From the NCBI GenBank assembly GCA_043807585.1, contig JAZDFV010000006.1, positions 1 to 60,050 of the forward strand: a DNA stretch of 60,050 nt, in the 5' to 3' direction. The DNA is from Candidatus Jorgensenbacteria bacterium (GTDB taxonomy: Bacteria; Patescibacteriota; Minisyncoccia; UBA6257; GWB1-50-10). This document shows, in pieces, positions 55,102 to 60,050 of this stretch. The notes beneath the pieces are model-generated. The model ran no database searches. It was not told the DNA's origin and saw nothing but the letters and a program-made list of their open reading frames with translations. The translations under genes and the position numbers were made by a program. Positions within the stretch are counted from its first letter, which is position 1. Each line of letters starts with the position of its first letter.

Positions 55102-55716
55102 ATGGAAGAGGAAAAGAAGAAACAATTATGGATAGAAGGAAAAAGCCGAATGGAGGCCATCGGGCATTCTGTTAGAGATGTTATTGCTCCACAGATTCAG
55201 CAATTCTCTGAAAGCTATCATGACTATCTAAAAGATGTTTCTACAAGTGCAGGAATTTTACTTGGTGGTGTTGTTGCGCTCTGGTCGACAAAATTTATTG
55301 TCTTTGTGCCGTGGCTCACTATTGCAAGTTTCTTATTTCTCGCGGCTTCTGTTGTGTTGAGTTTCTATTTTCGAAAGAAAGCAGTCATTGTGTCGGTGCC
55401 CTATGTTTTATATTTGAGAAAATTGAGTCGTAAATTAACAGAGCATTCAAATAAGATTGTGCTTTTTAGTCGCAAAGAGCTCTCGGTGGAAGATTATGAG
55501 AAGGAAAAAAACGAATTTGAAAGTCAATACCAAACAATGCGTTCCGGACTTCATTTTGAGGAATTAGAAAATAACGAGACTAGTTCGTTAGAAAGAACGC
55601 CTAAATGGTATTCGGAAATAAATATAGTGACGCTATTATTTCTATCGGGCATTGCTCTTATAGTGTTTTCAGTTTTGTTTCCGCAATTTTGTAACATTTT
55701 AACTAGTAATTTATGA
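55102..55716 (+). CDS. Three-TM membrane protein between mod and res
   Basis: 2 TM, charged helix, 1 TM; AT-rich; overlaps the res start. Confidence 0.75.
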   Translation: MEEEKKKQLWIEGKSRMEAIGHSVRDVIAPQIQQFSESYHDYLKDVSTSAGILLGGVVALWSTKFIVFVPWLTIASFLFLAASVVLSFYFRKKAVIVSVPYVLYLRKLSRKLTEHSNKIVLFSRKELSVEDYEKEKNEFESQYQTMRSGLHFEELENNETSSLERTPKWYSEINIVTLLFLSGIALIVFSVLFPQFCNILTSNL

Positions 55717-58406
55717 GCCAGAAAACCATAGATAAGTTGATTATTAATGACGCCTACACCGAGCCAACTCGGTATTGGGCGTATATCCGCGAAAGTCAAG
55801 AATTTGAATTGCGTGAGGGACGGCGCAAAGCAGGATATTGGAAACTATCCGGTGTGGGGCGTAAGGATAATGACGATCTCGGTGAGTTCGTTGAGTTAGA
55901 GTTGGTAAATAAAATTCGTCCGCGAGTTCAGAAATGGCGGGCTGAAAATTATCCTAATGTTACCGGTACGACGCGCAAGCTTCTTGAATACTGGCGCGAT
56001 AGAGAACAGCGCGAGGAGCCGCTTTTCTTCTGCCAGCTTGAGGCGGTTGAAACCGCTATTTGGTTAACCGAAGCGAGCCCGAGCGAAAAGCAGGGTATTG
56101 ACCTCCCGTCCGAGCCAGAGGGTTGGCAACGGCTATGTTTCAAAATGGCTACTGGCTCGGGCAAGACGGTCGTGATGTCAATGTTGATTTCGTGGCAAGC
56201 GTTAAATAAAACCGCCAGTCCAACAGACACGCGCTTTACAAAAAACATTCTCGTCATTGCGCCCGGGCTAACCGTGAAGGATCGCCTTCGCGTTTTGAAA
56301 CCGGAGCGACCGGACAATTTTTATCAAAAATTCAGCGTCGTGCCGTCTTCAATGTGGCAAGAATTACTTCAAGCGAAAATTGTCGTTGAGAATTGGCATA
56401 CGCTCGCACCGATCAATGAAAACTACGGCCCGAAAGTAGAAAAGAAGGGCCCGGAAAGCGACGAGGCTTTCACGCGCCGAGTTGTACCCGACTTTGGCAA
56501 CGCCCAAAATATTTTGATTATCAACGACGAAGCACATCACTGCCACCGGCCATCGCAAGAGGAGGACAAAGAGGAGCAAGAAAAAGCGACGATTTGGATT
56601 AGCGGTATTGACCGCATCCATCGCGCACGAGGAGTATTGCGAGCATTTGATTTAACCGCTACCCCGTTTCGTCCCACGGGGAAAAACAATCGCGGCGAGG
56701 AACTTTTCACTTGGATTGTCAGCGACTTCGGATTGAACGACGCGATAGAAAGCGGGTTGGTAAAAACTCCGCGCATTGCAGTCCGTGATGATTCGGTAAA
56801 TATGAATAAAGATTTGCGGTCTAAACTTTTTCATATTTATCCCGAAGTCAAAGACGATTTGAACCGCCGTGCCGAACCGCATGAGGGGTTGCCTGATCTG
56901 TTATCAAACGCGATTGATATTTTAGGCGGTGATTGGCTACGAGAAAAAGATGACTGGAAAAAGCTACGTCCGACCATAAAAACGCCACCCGTAATGATTA
57001 TGATCTGTAACCGGACCGAAACGGCGGCACGCATTGAGTATGCTATTGAAAACGGGCATATCATAACGCGGGAATTAGGGGATGGTTTAATTCGTATTGA
57101 TCAAGAGGCGCTTGATAAGATTGAGGCCGAGGAAAGTGAGGAGCTTGCAAAAAACAAGCGGGAGCTTGCCGAGGAACTTCGGGAAAAAGTAAATACGGTT
57201 GGTAAGGAAGGAAAGCCCGGCGCAGAAGTCCAATGCGTCATCGGAGTAAATATGTTGTCGGAGGGTTGGGACGCACAAACCGTAACACATATCTTGGGCG
57301 TCCGCGCTTTTACGAGCCAACTTTTATGCGAACAAGTTATCGGTCGCGGTTTGCGGCGCATTGATTACGGCAACCTTTCCGAGCCGGAGTATGTAACTGT
57401 CTTCGGCGTGCCGTTTACCTATTTGCCCGTTGAGGACACCGGCAAGCCGTCAACACCGCCAGTGCCAAAAACTAAAATTGAGCCGGTAGCGGAACGTGCA
57501 ACATTAGAGATTCGCTGGCCTCATGTGCTCCGCGTTGATTACAAGCTCAATTATTTCTTGGAGCTTGACTGGAATAAATTAAAACCGCTTGAACTTTCAA
57601 CTGAGGACGCGAGGACTGTGGTAGAAATTGCGCCGGTTATTGACGGCAAGCCGGACCTAACTCGCCTGACCGAGATTGACTTAATGAAGTTCGGAGAAGA
57701 AAAGCGTTTCCAAACGCTGAAGCTCCAAGCCGCTGTCCGGCTTCGGGAGCGATTCAAGGAAAATTGGGAAGGCGATCCGGCGAGTCATATCGGTCAGCTT
57801 TTGCGGATTATCGATCAATTTCTCGAATCCAAGCAATTGATTGTCAAAATCCCTAAGTTTCAACATACTGAACTCCTCAAGCGGATTGTTATCTCTCTCA
57901 ATCTACAAAAGATTGTGGATCACATCGGGCAGTTTATAAAAATCTCGAGCTCTGAAGACCCGGTTGCTATCTTTGACACTGTGCGACCAGTGCGTAGCAC
58001 CGCAACCGCATTTGTGTGGTACACAAGCAAGCCAACCCAGCCGGTCAAAAAAAGTCAGATAAGTCATGTCGTTGCCGATAGCAAGTGGGAAGGTAGTGTG
58101 GCGTTTGAGTTTGAACGCGACAGGATTCCGGGACTGGTGTCGTGGGTTAAAAACGACCATCTTGGTTTTGAGATTTACTATCTTTGGAAAGGTTCGCTCC
58201 ATACTTACTTCCCCGATTTTATAATTAAGTTTGCCGATAATCGCTATCTGATTTTAGAGGTTAAAGGTCAGAAAACAGATCAAGACGATGCCAAATGGTC
58301 TGCCGCCCAAGAGTGGGTTAAGGCCGTAAATATAAATGGCAACTTCGGCAAGTGGGAGTTTAAGACACTTGAAAAGCCGTCGGATGTTTTTGATATAGTA
58401 AAGTAA
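55713..58406 (+). CDS. res: Type III restriction endonuclease/helicase subunit
   Basis: MATGSGKT, NDEAHH, TATP, EGWDA, QVIGRGLRR, YFPDF..LEVKG. Confidence 0.93.
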   Translation: MSQKTIDKLIINDAYTEPTRYWAYIRESQEFELREGRRKAGYWKLSGVGRKDNDDLGEFVELELVNKIRPRVQKWRAENYPNVTGTTRKLLEYWRDREQREEPLFFCQLEAVETAIWLTEASPSEKQGIDLPSEPEGWQRLCFKMATGSGKTVVMSMLISWQALNKTASPTDTRFTKNILVIAPGLTVKDRLRVLKPERPDNFYQKFSVVPSSMWQELLQAKIVVENWHTLAPINENYGPKVEKKGPESDEAFTRRVVPDFGNAQNILIINDEAHHCHRPSQEEDKEEQEKATIWISGIDRIHRARGVLRAFDLTATPFRPTGKNNRGEELFTWIVSDFGLNDAIESGLVKTPRIAVRDDSVNMNKDLRSKLFHIYPEVKDDLNRRAEPHEGLPDLLSNAIDILGGDWLREKDDWKKLRPTIKTPPVMIMICNRTETAARIEYAIENGHIITRELGDGLIRIDQEALDKIEAEESEELAKNKRELAEELREKVNTVGKEGKPGAEVQCVIGVNMLSEGWDAQTVTHILGVRAFTSQLLCEQVIGRGLRRIDYGNLSEPEYVTVFGVPFTYLPVEDTGKPSTPPVPKTKIEPVAERATLEIRWPHVLRVDYKLNYFLELDWNKLKPLELSTEDARTVVEIAPVIDGKPDLTRLTEIDLMKFGEEKRFQTLKLQAAVRLRERFKENWEGDPASHIGQLLRIIDQFLESKQLIVKIPKFQHTELLKRIVISLNLQKIVDHIGQFIKISSSEDPVAIFDTVRPVRSTATAFVWYTSKPTQPVKKSQISHVVADSKWEGSVAFEFERDRIPGLVSWVKNDHLGFEIYYLWKGSLHTYFPDFIIKFADNRYLILEVKGQKTDQDDAKWSAAQEWVKAVNINGNFGKWEFKTLEKPSDVFDIVK

Positions 58407-58411
58407 TAATT

Positions 58412-59566
58412 ATGAAAGCAATAATATTAGCTCGTGTTTCAACCGAAGAGCAAAAAGAAGCCGGTAATTCCCTACCGGCTCAAGTTGCGCGCCTTGAAAA
58501 CTACTGCAAACAAAAAGGATTTCAAATTGTAAAAAAGCATAGTTTTGACGAAAGCGCATACAAAACCAAACGGGATGATTTTGATAAAATCTTGGAATAT
58601 TTAGATTCTAACAAAGAAAAAATAGCCGTTTGCTTTGATAAGGTTGATAGATTTTCCCGCAATGTTTTTGATAAAAGGGTTGCCCGTCTTTATGATTTGG
58701 CAATGAGTAATCAAATTGAGCTTCATTTCGTTTCAGACAATCTTGTGATCACGCCGGATATTTCAGCCGCCGAAAAATTTCATTTTGGTATAAATTTAGG
58801 ATTGGCCAAGTATTATTCAGACGCTATCAGCGACAATGTAAAAAGAGCTTACGAACAGAAAAAACGGAATGGCGAGTGGATTGGTAAAGCACCGCTCGGC
58901 TATCTTAACTTACCTGATAAAGACGGCAATAAAGATGTTGTGCCCGATCCGGAACGAGCGCATTTTATTCAACGGATATTTTATTTATACGCACAAGGCG
59001 ATAAATCAATTAAGACTTTAGCTGGTTTAATAACAAAAGAAGGCCTAAAAAGCAGATACGGAAAAGCTATAGCGCCGAGTATGATAGAACATATTTTAAA
59101 TAATCCTTTTTATTATGGCTTTATGAGAAGCAAAGATAAATTATACCAGCATAAATACAAACCATTGATTAGCTATGAGATATTTAAAAAGGTCGAGGGC
59201 GTGCGCTTGGGATGGGCTAAGAAGCCCTTTAAATACGCTTCTAAGCCCTTTGTATTGCGAGGGCTGATAAAATGTGCCAAATGCGGTTGCACAATTACGC
59301 CGGAGCTGAAAAAGGGCAAGTATACCTATTATAGTTGCACAAATTTCAAACATATTTGTAAACGGATATGGATAAAAGAAGAAGATTTATTATCGCCGAT
59401 TTATGATGTTTTAAAAAGTCTTCAGTTGGGCGATGAACGAATAAAGGATTTAACCGCAAAGCTTAAAAAGCTAAATGAATCAAAGATCAGCTATCATAAC
59501 AACGCCTTAGACGGCTTAAATGAACCTATTCCTCGTCAGCTTGCTGCGAGGTTACCTTTTTCCTGA
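58412..59566 (+). pseudogene. Large serine recombinase truncated by IS200
   Basis: ARVSTEEQ, DRFSRN, CAKCG..YYSC zinc ribbon; the coiled coil breaks off and reads into the IS end. Confidence 0.88.
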
Positions 59567-60050
59567 TATGGTAGAATGCAAGTATGGCAGAACATATAAG
59601 GAAAAGCCACAATGTCAACTGTATGCTCTATCATCTTGTTTGCCCGGCTAAGTATCGCAGGCAAATATTTACGCCAGCCGTGGAAAGTACACTCAAGGAA
59701 GTCTGCCTGCAGTTTGCCGAATGCTACGATATGCATTTTCTCGAAATTGGAGCCGATCAAGACCATGTACATTTTCTGATTCAGTCTGTTCCCATGGTAT
59801 TGCCCAAACGGATTGTCCAAATCACCAAGAGCATCACAGCCAGAGAAATCTTCAAGCGTCACCCGGAAGTTAAGAAATTGCTGTGGGGCGGAGAATTCTG
59901 GACAAAAGGTTACTACATCAACACGGTTGGAGTAGCCGGCAACGAAGCTGTTATCAAAAAGTACGTTCAAGACCAAGGAAAAATGTATAAACAAATATAT
60001 CGCGGTCAGCTAACGTTGTTTGACGGGATGGTCTAATCCATCTTTTCATA
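59517..60050 (+). mobile_element. IS200/IS605-family element (tnpA only within the window)
   Basis: Left-end hairpin cctcgtcagc-tt-gctgcgagg at 59531-59551, followed by tnpA; exact ends uncertain. Confidence 0.85.
59584..60036 (+). CDS. tnpA: IS200 Y1 (HUH) transposase
   Basis: YHLVCPAKYRR, DHVHFL (HUH), KSITAR, FWTKGYY..TVG..YVQDQ. Confidence 0.96.
   Translation: MAEHIRKSHNVNCMLYHLVCPAKYRRQIFTPAVESTLKEVCLQFAECYDMHFLEIGADQDHVHFLIQSVPMVLPKRIVQITKSITAREIFKRHPEVKKLLWGGEFWTKGYYINTVGVAGNEAVIKKYVQDQGKMYKQIYRGQLTLFDGMV

Noticed and set aside
1-60050. Alternative genetic code (UGA=Gly), DGR/retron, prophage
   Set aside because: Conserved genes are full length under code 11 with TGA used as a stop; no reverse transcriptase motifs or phage structural genes were recognised.

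Overview
Bacterial genomic window in the standard genetic code, most consistent with a Patescibacteria/CPR (Parcubacteria-like) chromosome. This is inferred from the gene set: short split secD/secF, sigma70-r4/HARE-HTH protein, PaaX/Cas2-like protein, lamin-tail protein and LexA-MTase fusion. A GC-rich backbone carries secDF, thpR, a MacAB-like ABC exporter, pspC, an RRM protein, metK with a SAM-I riboswitch, an Nramp-like transporter and a B12 radical SAM enzyme. AT-rich accessory blocks interrupt it: (i) an unusual 7-gene GT4/kinase-like/ParB-like/SDR/TrpF/YjbQ/GT9-like operon at 18.5-23.6 kb; (ii) a cassette-like array at 23.7-31.2 kb whose unrelated genes share a ~30-nt leader module, with a duplicated DUF167 unit; (iii) a LexA-linked defence locus (OLD-type ATPase-TOPRIM + HNH, LexA-MTase + HNH) at 31.2-35.6 kb; (iv) an integration hotspot at 49.8-60 kb with four tRNA-like att repeats, fused gene remnants, a type III R-M system and a serine recombinase broken by an IS200. 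The most striking signal is non-coding: a family of 19-39 nt hairpin elements starting with C(C/T)TG. Empty and filled sites are both visible in this window and show no target duplication. The elements sit in frame inside proteins, inside the SAM-I riboswitch, inside the cassette leader and inside an att-like site. No rRNA, intact tRNA or CRISPR array was found. All family assignments are by motif recognition, not by database search.
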